Source of the DNA: Eledone cirrhosa
Taxonomy: Eukaryota
Direction of reading: 5' to 3'
DNA: 64,000 nucleotides
Assembly: GCA_964016885.1 (NCBI GenBank)
Contig: OZ024743.1
Coordinates: forward strand, 233,244,001-233,308,000
The position numbers and the translations under genes are program-made. Below the pieces are notes generated by a model. The model was given only the letters and a program-made list of their open reading frames with translations, did no database searches and had not been told where the DNA came from. Numbering within the stretch: the stretch's first letter is position 1; every line of letters begins with the position of its first letter. Below, one piece after another: positions 1 through 12,000 of the stretch.

Positions 1-3000
1 GTACAGTAGCATGGCGTGTTGTACAGTAGCATGGCGTGTTGTAGCGTGGTCTGCTGTACTGTAGTGTGGTGTGTTGTACAGTAGGTTGGTGTGTTGTACA
101 GTAGTGTGGTGTGTTGTACAATAGTGTGGTGTGTTGTACAATAGTGTGGTGTGTTGTACAATAGTGTGGTGTGTTGTACAATAGTGTGGTGTGTTGTACA
201 ATAGTGTGGTGTATTGTAGTGTGGTGTGGTGTGTTGTACTGTAGTGTGGTGTGTTGTACTGTAGTGTGGTGTGTTGTACTGTAGTGTGGTGTGTTGTACT
301 GTAGTGTGGTGTGTTATACTGTAGTGTGGTGTGTTGTACTGTAGTGTGGTGTGTTGTTCTGTGCTGTAGCGTGGTGTGAGGTATAGTAGCTTGGTGTCTT
401 GTACAGAACTGTGGCGTATTGTACAGTAGCGTCGCGTTTTGTACTGTAGTGTGGTGTGTTATACTGTAGCGTGGTGTGTTGTACTGTAGCGTGGTGTGTT
501 GTACTGTAGCGTGGTGTGTTGTACTGTAGCGTGGTGTGTTGTACTGTAGCGTGGTGTGTTGTACTGTAGCGTGGTGTGTTGTACTGTAGCGTGGTGTGTT
601 GTACAGTAGCGTGGCGTGTTGTACTGTAGTGTGGTGTGTTGTACTGTAGTGTGGTGTGTTATACTGTAGCGTGGTGTGTTGTACTGTAGCGTGGTGCGTT
701 GTACAGTAGCGTGGCGTGTTGTACTGTAGTGTGGTGTGTTGTACTGTAGCGTGGCGTATTGTACAGTAGCGTGGCATGTTGTATCTGTAGTGTGGTGTGT
801 TATACTGTAGCGTGGTGTGTTGTACTGTAGCGTGGTGTGTTGTACAGTAGCCTGGCGTGTTGTACTGTAGTGTGGTGTACTGTAGCGTGGCGTATTGTAC
901 AGTAGCGTGGCATGTTGTATCTGTAGTGTGGTGTGTTGCACTGTAGTGTGGTGTGTTGTTCTGTGCTGTAGCGTGGTGTGTGGTATAGTAGCTTGGTGTG
1001 TTGTACAGTAGTGTGGCGTATTGTACAGTAGCGTGGTGTGTTGTACAGTAGCCTGGTGGTGTTGTACTGTAGCGTGGTGTGTTCTACTGTAGCGTGGTGT
1101 GTTCTACTGTAGCTTGGTGTGTTCTACTGTAGCTTGGTGTGTTGTACAGTAGCATGGTGTGTTGTACAGTAGCATGGCGTGTTGTACAGTAGCATGGCGT
1201 GTTGTACAGTGCGGTGTGTTGTACAGTAGCGTGGTGTGTTGTACAGTAGTGTGGTGTGTTGTACAGTAGCGTGGTGTGTTGTACAGTAGCGTGGTGTGTT
1301 GTACAGTAGCGTGGTGTGTTGTACAGTAGCGTGGTGTGTTGTACAGTAGCGTGGTGTGTTGTACAGTAGCGTGGTGTGTTGTACAGTAGTGTGGTGTGTT
1401 GTACTATAGCGTGGCGTGTTGTACTATAGCGTGGTGTGTTGTACTGTAGCGTGGCATATTGTACAGTGCGGTGTGTTGTACAGTAGTGCGGTGTGTTGTA
1501 CAGTAGCACGGTGTGTTGTACAGTAGCGTGGTGTGTTGTACTGTAGCGTGGCATATTGTACAGTAGCGTTGTGTGTTGTACAGTAGTGTGTTGTACTGTA
1601 GCGTGGCGTGTTGTAGAGTAGACTTGGTGTGTTGTACAGTAGTGTGGTGTGTTGTAGAGTAGAGTTGGTGTGTTGTACAGTAGCATGGTGTGTTGTACAG
1701 TAGCGTGGTGTGTTGTACAGTAGCGTGGTGTGTTGTACAGTGGCGCGGTGTGTTGTACAGTAGTGCAGTGTGTTGTACAGTAGTGCAGTGTGTTGTACAG
1801 TTGTGTAGTGTTTTGTACAGTAACATCGCGTATTGTACAGTAGCGTGGCGTGTTGTACAGTAGTGTGGTGTGTTGTACAGTAGCGCGGTGCGTTGTACTG
1901 TAGCGTGGCGTATTCTACTGTAGCATGGCTTTTTGTACAGTACCGTGGTGTGTTGTACAGTAGCCTGGTGGTGTTGTACTGTAGCGTGGTGTGTTCTACT
2001 GTAGCGTGGTGTGTTCTACTGTAGCTTGGTGTGTTCTACTGTAGCTTGGTGTGTTGTACAGTAGCATGGTGTGTTGTACAGTAGCATGGCGTGTTGTACA
2101 GTAGCATGGCGTGTTGTACAGTAGCATGGCGTGTTGTACAGTAGCATGGCGTGTTGTAGCGTGGTCTGCTGTACTGTAGTGTGGTGTGTTGTACAGTAGG
2201 TTGGTGTGTTGTACAGTAGTGTGGTGTGTTGTACAATAGTGTGGTGTGTTGTACAATAGTGTGGTGTGTTGTACAATAGTGTGGTGTGTTGTACAATAGT
2301 GTGGTGTGTTGTACAATAGTGTGGTGTGTTGTACAATAGTGTGGTGTATTGTAGTGTGGTGTGGTGTGTTGTACTGTAGTGTGGTGTGTTGTACTGTAGT
2401 GTGGTGTGTTGTACTGTAGTGTGGTGTGTTGTACTGTAGTGTGGTGTGTTGTACTGTAGTGTGGTGTGTTGTACTGTAGTGTGGTGTGTTGTACTGTAGT
2501 GTGGTGTGTTGATCTGTGCTGTAGCGTGGTGTGAGGTATAGTAGCTTGGTGTCTTGTACAGAACTGTGGCGTATTGTACTGTAGTGTGGTGTGTTATACT
2601 GTAGCGTGGTGTGTTATACTGTAGCGTGGTGTGTTGTACTGTAGCGTGGTGTGTTGTACTGTAGCGTGGTGTGTTGTACTGTAGCGTGGTGTGTTGTACT
2701 GTAGCGTGGTGTGTTGTACTGTAGCGTGGTGTGTTGTACTGTAGCGTGGTGTGTTGTACAGTAGCGTGGCGTGTTGTACTGTAGTGTGGTGTGTTGTACT
2801 GTAGTGTGGTGTGTTATACTGTAGCGTGGTGTGTTGTACTGTAGCGTGGTGCGTTGTACAGTAGCGTGGCGTGTTGTACTGTAGTGTGGTGTGTTGTACT
2901 GTAGCGTGGCGTATTGTACAGTAGCGTGGCATGTTGTATCTGTAGTGTGGTGTGTTATACTGTAGCGTGGTGTGTTGTACTGTAGCGTGGTGTGTTGTAC

Positions 3001-5985
3001 AGTAGCGTGGCGTGTTGTACTGTAGTGTGGTGTGTTGTACTGTAGCGTGGCGTATTGTACAGTAGCCTGGCGTGTTGTACTGTAGTGTGGTGTACTGTAG
3101 CGTGGCGTATTGTACAGTAGCGTGGCATGTTGTATCTGTAGTGTGGTGTGTTGCACTGTAGTGTGGTGTGTTGTTCTGTGCTGTAGCGTGGTGTGTGGTA
3201 TAGTAGCTTGGTGTGTTGTACAGTAGTGTGGCGTATTGTACAGTAGCGTGGTGTGTTGTACAGTAGCGTGGTGTGTTGTACAGTAGCATGGTGTGTTGTA
3301 CAGTAGCATGGTGTGTTGTAGAGTAGTGTGGTCTGTTGTAGAGTAGCGTGGTGTGTTGTAGAGTAGCGTGGTGTGTTGTAGAGTAGCGTGGTGTGTTGTA
3401 GAGTAGCGTGGTGTGTTGTAGAGTAGCGTGGTGTGTTGTAGAGTAGCGTGGTGTGTTGTAGAGTAGCGTGGTGTGTTGTAGAGTAGCGTGGTGTGTTGTA
3501 CTGTAGTGTGTTGTGTTGTACTGTAGTGTGGTGTGTTGTACAGTAGTGTGGTGGGGTGTACAGTAGTATGGTGTGTTGTACAATAGTGTGGTGTGTTGTA
3601 CTGTAGAGTGGTGTGTTGTACTGTAGCGTGGCGTATTGTACAGTAGCGTGGCATGTTGTATCTGTAGTGTGGTGTGTTATACTGTAGCGTGGTGTGTTGT
3701 ACTGTAGCGTGGTGTGTTGTACAGTAGCGTGGCGTGTTGTACTGTAGTGTGGTGTGTTGTACTGTAGTGTGGTGTGTTGTACTGTAGCGTGGCGTATTGT
3801 ACAGTAGCGTGGCATGTTGTATCTGTAGTGTGGTGTGTTATACTGTAGTGTGGTGTGTTGTTCTGTGCTGTAGCGTGGTGTGTGGTATAGTAGCTTGGTG
3901 TGTTGTACAGTAGTGTGGCGTATTGTACAGTAGCATGGTGTGTTGTACAGTAGCGTGGTGTGTTGTAGGGTAGCGTGGTGTGTTGTAGAGTAGCGTGGTG
4001 TGATGTACAGTAGTGTGGTGTGTTGTACTGTAGCGTGGTGTGTTGTACTGTAGTGTGGTGTGTTGTACAGTAGCGTGGTGTGTTGTACTGCAGTGTGGTG
4101 TGTTGTACAGTAGCATGGTGTGTTGTACCGTAGCGTGGTGTGTTGTACTGTAGTGTGGTGTGTTGTGTTGTACTTTTGTGTTGTGTGTTGTACTGTGCTG
4201 TAGCGTGGTGTGTTGTACTGTAGCATGGTGCATTGTACTGTAGCGTGGTGTATTGTACAGTAGCGTGGTGTATTGTACAGTAGCGTGGTGTATTGTACAG
4301 TAGCGCGGTGTGTTATACTGTAATGTGGTGTGTTGTACCATGCTGTAGTGTGGTGTGATTTGGTGCAGTGTACTGTGGTGTGTTGTACTGTAGTGTTGTG
4401 TGTTGTAGAGTAGCGTGGTGTGTTGTACAGTAGCCTGGTGTGTTGTATAGTAGCGTGGTGTGTTGTGCTGTAGCGTGGTGTGTTGTGCTGTAGCGTGGTG
4501 TGTTGTACAGTAGCGTGGCGTGTTGTACAGTAGCGTGGCGTGTTGTACAGTAGCGTGTTGTACAGTAGCGTGTCGTGTTGTACTGTAGCGTGGTGTGTTG
4601 TACAGTAGCGTGGTGTGTTGTGTTGTAGCGTGGTGTGTTGTACTGTAGCGTGGTGTGTTGTACAGTAGTGTGGCGTGTTGTGCTGTAGCGTGGTGTGTTG
4701 TACTGTAGCGTGGTGTGTTGTGCTGTAGTGTGATGTGTTGTACAGTAGCATGGTGTGTTGTACAGTAACGTGGTGTGTTGTTCTGTAGCGTGGTGTGTTG
4801 TACAGTAGCGCAGTGTGTTGTACAGTAGCTTGGTCCGTTGCACTGTAGCGTGGTCCGTTGCACTGTAGCGTGGTCCGTTGCACTGTAGCGTGGTGTATTG
4901 TACAGTAGCGCGGTGTGTTGTACAGTAGCGCGGTGTGTTGTACAGTAGCGCGGTGTGTTGTACAGTAGCGCGGTGTGTTGTACAGTAGCGCGGTGTGTTG
5001 TACAGTAGCGCGGTGTGTTGTGCAGTAGCGCGGTGTGTTGTACAGTAGCGCGGTGTGTTGTACAGTAGCGCGGTGTGTTGTACAGTAGCGTGGTGTGTTG
5101 TACTGTAGCGTGGTGAGTTGTACAGTAGCGTGGTGTGTTGTGCAGTAGCGTGGTGTGTTGTACAGTAGCGTGGTGTGTTATACAGTAGCGTGGTCTGTTG
5201 TGCAGTAGCGTGGTGTGTTATACAGTAGCGTGGTCTGTTGTACAGTAGCGTGGTGAGTTGTACAGTAGGGTGGTGTGTTGTGCAGTAGCGTGGTGTGTTG
5301 TGCAGTAGCGTGGTGTGTTGTGCAGTAGCGTGGTGTGTTGTGCAGTAGCGTGGTGTGTTGTACAGTAGCGTGGTGTGTTATACAGTAGCGTGGTTTGTTG
5401 TGCAGTAGCGTGGTGTGTTATACAGTAGCGTGGTCTGTTGTACAGTAGCGTGGTGAGTTGTACAGTAGGGTGGTGTGTTGTGCAGTAGCGTGGTGTGTTG
5501 TGCAGTAGCGTGGTGTGTTGTACAGTAGCGTGGTGTGTTTTACAGTAGCGTGGTGTGTTTTACAGTAGCGTGGTGTGTTGTACAGTAGCGTGGTGTGTTG
5601 TACAGTAGCGTGGTGTGTTGTACAGTAGCGTGGTGTGTTGTACAGTAGCGTGGTGTGTTGTACAGTAGCGTGGTGTGTTGTACAGTAGCGTGGTGTGTTG
5701 TACAGTAGCGTGGTGTGTTGTACAGTAGCGTGGTGTGTTGTACAGTAGCGTGGTGTGTTGTACAGTAGCGTGGTGTGTTGTACTGTAACGTAGTGTCTTG
5801 CACTGTAGTGTAGTGTGTTGTACTGTAGTGTAGTGTGTTGTTCTGTAGTGTAGTGTGTTGTTCTGTAGTGTGGTGTGTTGTTCTGTAGTGTGATGTGATG
5901 TGATGCAGTGTACTGTAGTCTTGTATGCTGTGCTGTGCCATAGTAGGCTGTAGTGCGGTGTGCTGTTTTATGGTATGTTATGGTG
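1..5985. repeat. 20-bp minisatellite (consensus ~GTGTTGTACAGTAGCGTGGT) with kb-scale higher-order duplications; runs off the window edge
   Basis: Continuous 20-nt periodicity; variant strings recur, e.g. 1-~1050 is echoed at ~2115-3250. The HTT/YNTP ORFs are artefacts of this repeat. Confidence 0.95.
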
Positions 5986-6089
5986 TACTACATTATTGTA
6001 CACAAATGTGAGATATATACTGGAATTCTTGCTCCACCTTGAGCCAGGAGGAGATGCCTCCTGGGGTATCTCCTAAGGTGACTCCTTAC

Positions 6090-6234
6090 CTTGAGGTTAG
6101 GTACATGTACCACCTGCCCATACTGGTCCTTGGTGAGTACAGTGAGGATGGCAGGCCAGCTGCACTTCAACTCTTCCTTGTTGTAGATCACTTCACACTG
6201 ACGTGGGTCCACATAAGAGTCTGGTTGTAGCCAA
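6090..6234 (-). CDS. MYCBP2: MYCBP2 exon (WLQPDSYVDPRQCEVIYNKEELKCSWPAILTVLTKDQYGQVVHVPNLK)
   Basis: cag acceptor and gtaag donor; phase fits the preceding exon; resembles vertebrate MYCBP2 WLQPDSY...TKDQYGDVVHVPNMK as recalled. Confidence 0.9.
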
Positions 6235-6303
6235 CTGGAACATAACACACAACAGTACTAATAGCAAATAGAGTAAGAGTTTGATGGTGGTGGTGGTAGG
6301 GAG

Positions 6304-6345
<42 letters not shown>

Positions 6346-6454
6346 GGATATGGCAGTGGGAAGAAATAGAGGAGGGGAGAACACAGGAGAGACTGAAGTG
6401 AGGTAGAATAATGGAGTTTAGAAGAAGCAGAAAAAGAAAAGTAGAGTGAAGCAT

Positions 6455-6514
<60 letters not shown>

Positions 6515-6893
6515 AGTGTAGAAAACAAAGAGGGGAGAGTGGAAGGAAGAGGAGAGAAAATGGAGAGAGTAAAAGGAAGAGGGAGAAAAAGGAGTAGAAG
6601 GAAGAGGAGAAAAAAAGGAGAAAAAGGAAAGAGGAGAAAAAAAGGAGAAAAAGGAAAGAGTAGAAGGAACAGGAGAAAAAGGAAAGAGTAGAAGGAACAG
6701 GAGAAAAAGGAGAGCGAGAAAGTGTTAAGTTATTACTACAGTTATATAATTTCAGAGAGAAAGGGGGAGTAAAGGAAGGAGAGAACAATGGAATAACTAT
6801 CTATCTCTCTCTACACACAGGGAAGACATAGAGTGAGAGGGGGGGGGCAAAGGAGGGGAAGAGGGTTGAACAAGTGAGTCAAATGAGACTTAC

Positions 6894-7066
6894 CGTGCCA
6901 AACGGCCACCACTGGTACCAGGTTTGCAAGCAACTAAATCCTTCAGAAATGATCTCTCATTTGATTGCCAACTGAAAGGAAGGTTTCCCTCCAGGGCCTG
7001 CATTATAGTTGGAGGGTGGGAAAGTGCAAACCCTTTATCCAAGAGGGTTGAATGGGCATTGAATAC
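6894..7066 (-). CDS. MYCBP2: MYCBP2 exon (VFNAHSTLLDKGFALSHPPTIMQALEGNLP...GTSGGRLAR)
   Basis: cag/gtaagt boundaries, 173 nt, conserved KGxALSH and GTSGGRLARW motifs. Confidence 0.9.
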
Positions 7067-8029
7067 CTGTAAGAAACAGACAATAACATCATCAATATGT
7101 GCATGTACTCTTGGGTCCCAAATAATAGTGGAAGGGGTTTGACATTTGCTTAAATTCTTGTAGGTGGGAGGTGGGGGAAATTGGTAATTGTCTAGTGTAC
7201 ATTCGTAAATATGGGATTCTTGTAATGTTCTTTTTTTTGTCATATATAATACTTTGTTTTAGTGTAAAATAAAATTATTATTAGATTCTCCAGCTGCTGT
7301 ATCAATATGAATCACTTATAATAATAAAATTTCGTTAGAGATAGATTAGCAACATTTAATAAGCAGGGGGAGGGGTTGGAAAAAATCTGAAAAATTAATA
7401 AGCGAGGGAAGGGCACGATTTTTTAAGACCTGAGAGGTGTAGAACTGTGTGTGTGTGTGTAAAAAGATGGGGTGGTCACAGCTATAATGCCTTTGATCAC
7501 AGATAAGGCGATAAATAATAATCTATATTCGTATATAAGTCACAACTGGTCTCATGGAATTATAATGTGATGTATCTTCTAGACTGACAAAACCTTACTT
7601 CAAGAGAAATGGTACATTCTAAATCATAACCATCATTTAATGTCCATTTTTCACACTTGCATGGATTAGACGGCTTGTCACGTTATGAGATAAATCAGAT
7701 CAGGTGACAATATCGTGCTCATACAGATCTGTATTTTGGCTTTGTTTCTATGGCTGGATGCCCTTCCTAATACCAAACATGTTACAGTGTGGACTGGGTG
7801 CTTTTTGTCATGGCACCAAATGTATATAAAATTGGGTAGTGACTTCTACACAAGTATATACACTAACTACAACAACAAAACTAACAGCTGTAAAGTAATT
7901 AGTTCATAATGTATTTATATGTTATTAAATAATAATAATGAAAATTATTGTGCTCAGGTGCACTACAACTTATCAAAGGTGAATGTATGGTACATAGAAT
8001 AATGTACAAAAGTCAGGAAAGTGAACAGT

Positions 8030-8245
8030 GTATGAGTCATGATATACACACAGACACACACATGCATGTGTATGTAGGGGGAATATCAGGTGTAGTGTTG
8101 GCAAATTTCAGGAAGCATGGAAGTTTTGAAAGATGCAGTGTCCCAACAGCTAACAACTCATGCAGATAGATTGTTCCATGCTTAAGCAAATCTGAGCATG
8201 AAAAAATGTTTCCGAAAGTCATGGGAGCTGTACTGTTTTCTGATC
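8030..8245 (-). mobile_element. CR1-like LINE 3' fragment
   Basis: Degenerate HDFRKHFF...WN.L.ASVVS C-terminus; related copy at 45400-45580. Confidence 0.55.
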
Positions 8246-8447
8246 TTGATAACAAGCTGACCAAGACAAGCAGAAGCTTCCATTTAAATTAAAAGCATGC
8301 AGCATAATTTTTGTACAGTGGCCATATGTTAGGTTATTATCTTAGAAAGTTAAAAATGAAATAAAAATTTTATTTCATTAGAAATACAGTCACAGGGGAA
8401 AAAAAGGAATTTTTTTATAAAATAAATACAGAAAAAAAAGTACTTAC

Positions 8448-8500
8448 CAACTGAGCCCCTTCTTCAACAGAGTCTAAATCTTCATCTATATCTTCAGCTC
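8448..8500 (-). CDS. MYCBP2: MYCBP2 small exon (GAEDIDEDLDSVEEGAQL)
   Basis: cag/gtaagt boundaries, 53 nt, phases 1 to 0 link the flanking exons exactly. Confidence 0.85.
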
Positions 8501-8542
8501 CTGATGAAGTATAATAGCAATATTTCAGTGTGTATGTATGTG

Positions 8543-8582
<40 letters not shown>

Positions 8583-8778
8583 TAGGAAAATGTTTAACCC
8601 TGATGGCAGAGCTCAAGCCGTTTTGACGGCTATTTTTTGACAGAAATAGCCGTCAAAACGGCTTGAGCTCTGCCGTCGGGATTCAACATTTTTTCCTACT
8701 ACCCACTCTACTACCCTAAGTATTGAGTACTCTGGTGTGTTGGGGTCCATCTGGTTCCTTACTATACCTCCTTCGTTA
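8583..8778. mobile_element. Small hairpin-plus-tail element in (TA)n, family copy 1
   Basis: ~50-bp inverted arms 8583-8698 plus ~80-nt tail; inverted homologue at 13260-13440. Confidence 0.7.
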
Positions 8779-8796
8779 TATATATATATATATAAA

Positions 8797-8837
<41 letters not shown>

Positions 8838-8844
8838 CACACAG

Positions 8845-8882
<38 letters not shown>

Positions 8883-8890
8883 TCACATAT

Positions 8891-9046
8891 ATTCATTTTA
8901 TTAAGATCTTCTCTGGAGTTCCACCTGCTTCTCACTGGGTGATCTCACTGATGATCCTGTGAAAAGCAGGTGGAACTGCAGAGTAGACTCTCACCATTTA
9001 GTCTTAATAAAATGAATTTTTAAACTCTACTTCGTCTGTCAACTAC

Positions 9047-9049
<3 letters not shown>
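8891..9049. repeat. Second, unrelated hairpin-plus-tail element in (TA)n
   Basis: attcattttattaaga/tcttaataaaatgaat and agttccacctgctt/aagcaggtggaact inverted arms. Confidence 0.6.
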
Positions 9050-9077
<28 letters not shown>

Positions 9078-9081
<4 letters not shown>

Positions 9082-12000
9082 TCATCATCATCATCATCAT
9101 CAACGTTTAACGTCCGTGTTCCACGCTTGCATGGGTTTGGACGGGGGTAGTCCCACTTGAGGCAAGAGTGATTGTCTTGCTCGCATAGGACTGTCTGGCA
9201 GGTTTTCTACAGTTGGATGCCCTTCCTAACACCAACCACATTTACAGTGTGGGTCTGGGAGGTTTTTACCGTGTTGCCTACACGGCCACATTACAGCGTG
9301 GACTGTGTGTTTTTTTGTCGTGACACCTACACGATCTCATTTGTTTCGGCCTCGATGGCGCGGCACCAACATAACTTTACATAGAACGGGGTGGTGTGGA
9401 TGGGGTGGGGGTGGTGGTGGTGGGACGGGGTGTATTTTGTTAGAGATGCCTACTGGCTGGAGTAGGTTTTACTATATATTTAGGTAAGGCGGGTCTTCTC
9501 TGTTACTGAGTACCGCCAAAGGTCTCGGTCCAGTGACATTGTCTTGGAGAAGTGTAAGTGTGTGATGTCGGAGTTTATCAGCTCGTCCCAGGTTTTTCTA
9601 GGTCTGCCTATTCCGTGACTACCGTCTATCTTTATTGCCCTGCACTTTGTTATACAGCTATCGACTTTCATGCGCATCACGTGTCCATACCAACGTAGCC
9701 TTCTCTCGAGTAAACAACATCTGATCCCTCTTATCTCTAATTTTTTCCTTAGTTCGTTTATGCTTTGCCGTTCACGTATATTACTGTTACACATCCAGCG
9801 GAGCATGCAAGCTTCGTTCCTCTCTAGTCTGCGTATATCCTCTGCACACAATGCCCAGGTCTCACTGCCATGCAGCATTGCTGTTCGTATGCAGGCATCG
9901 TACAACCTGCCTTTCATTTTTAGGGAGAACCCTTTAGCAGCTAATAGTGGTATAAGCTCTCTGAACTTTTTCCAACCAGTTCTGACTCTAGCTACAGTAC
10001 TTTCAGAGCACCCTCCCCCACTGCTGATTTTATCGCCCAGGTAACGGAAGCTGTCCACTATTTCTATAGAACCCTCTGCGCAATTGAAAGAGCTAGTATT
10101 TTGTGGGCACTTGCTGCTACTTATTGCACCAGAGCACCGGCCACATGTAAAATCTATGTTCTTAGTTAGCTTACCTGTGATCCCACTACATCTTTTATGC
10201 ACCCATACTTTGCATTTAGGACATAAAATGGAGTTTCTACCTACGCCTTTCCTACACACCGAGCACGACCATTTCCCAGAAGGGACCGCCGCCTTGTTTT
10301 CTTTCCTACAAACTAGTACTTTGGTCTTAGCCAGGTTAATTTTAAGTCCTTTTGACTCTAGGCCGTGCTTCCATGTTTGGAATTTCTTCTCTAGCTCGGC
10401 CATTGATTCCGCTATGAGTGTCAGGTCGTCTGCGTATAGGAGTTCCCATGGGCAGCCTGTCTTGAACTCCTCTGTTATAGCCTGAAGGGCAATAATAAAT
10501 AGTAGTGGGCTGAGAACAGAGCCCTGATGGACGCCAACTTTTACGCTAAACTCTTCACTATATTCGTTGTTAATTCTAACCTTGCTGACTGTTTCTTTAT
10601 ACATGGCTTGTATAGCCCTCACAAGACATTCGTCAACGCCTAGTTTTCTAAGAGCCCACCAGATAATGGAGCGGGGGACTCTGTCGAAGGCTTTCTCCAA
10701 GTCGACAAAAGCTAAGTAGAGGGGTTTACCTTTAGCTAGGTACTTCTCCTGTAGTTGTCGTACTATGAAAAGAGCGTCTGTGGTACTTTTGCCTGACACA
10801 AACCCGAACTGCATTTCATCTAGGTCAATTCTCTCTCTGATTAGTTGCGCTATTACTTTTTCCGTGACCTTCATGACCTGGTCGATTAATTTAATGCCTC
10901 TATAGTTACTCCTATCTAGGGCGTCTCCTTTACCCTTATAACAGTTAACGATGATGCTGCTATGCCAGTCCTTCGGAACAACCCCATTCTGTACGACTTG
11001 GTTAACTATGCGGGTGACCATGGTGTGTCCCACCGTGCCAGATGCCTTCAGCATCTCAGCAACTATTTCCGAAGGCCCAGCCGCCTTACCCGTCTTCATA
11101 TCCTTGATTGCCTTACTTATTATACTCCCCTCGACTAACACTGCTGGTCCCTCTATTGGGTCGATATGGGGGAGACTGTCTTTCTCCCATTTATTCTCCT
11201 CATTTAGTAGCCTTTCATAGTGACACTTCCAAGCTACCTTCTTATCAGCGTCGGTGATGGCAAGTGTGCCATCGTCGTTTAGTACACACTTCTCCCCGAC
11301 AATATCACGGTTTTCCTTGACGCATTGCCTAGCAATCCTGAACACCTCACGTTTTTGGTCATCGCGTTGTAGAACATGCTTGAACTTTCTTTCCTCAGCT
11401 TCCCTTCTTGCTAAGTACACTTGTCTCCTAGCTTCCCTCCTGGCCACTTGATAGTCTTCTCTACTTCCCCCATCCCGCCATACTTTCCAAGCCTGCTTTT
11501 TGGCCTTAATTGACCCCTCCACCTTACTGTTCCACCACCATGTTACTCTCCTCCTGCCTACAGGCCTGCTCCAGCCACAGACTTCGTCTGTCGCCAACAG
11601 CAGGTTTGCTTTCAGAAATTCCCACTCTCCCTCTATATTGTCCGACTCTAAATGTTCTTCCTTACTGTCGAAAGCATCAAGTAATATGCTTTGAAATTTA
11701 TTCCTGGCTGTGGGGTCCTTTAGCTTCCATATTTTTCTCCTGAGGATAGTCCTCTTCTGCTGTCGAGTACGTCTCGTCCTGACTATGAGGTCGCTAATTA
11801 TCAGTCTATGTTGGGAGGTGCATTCTTCATGGGGGAGGGATTTAGTGTTTACAACAGACACTCTGTCACGTCTTCTGGTAAGGATATAATCTACCTGGCT
11901 TGTGTGTTCCCCGGATCTATAGGTGATCAGGTGATTGTCACGTTTTTTGAAGTTAGTGTTACAGATAGTTAGGTTATTTGCATCACAGAATTCCAGGATT

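Noticed and set aside
459-5941. Long His/Thr/Tyr-rich ORFs
   Set aside because: Translations of a 20-bp minisatellite, open in several frames
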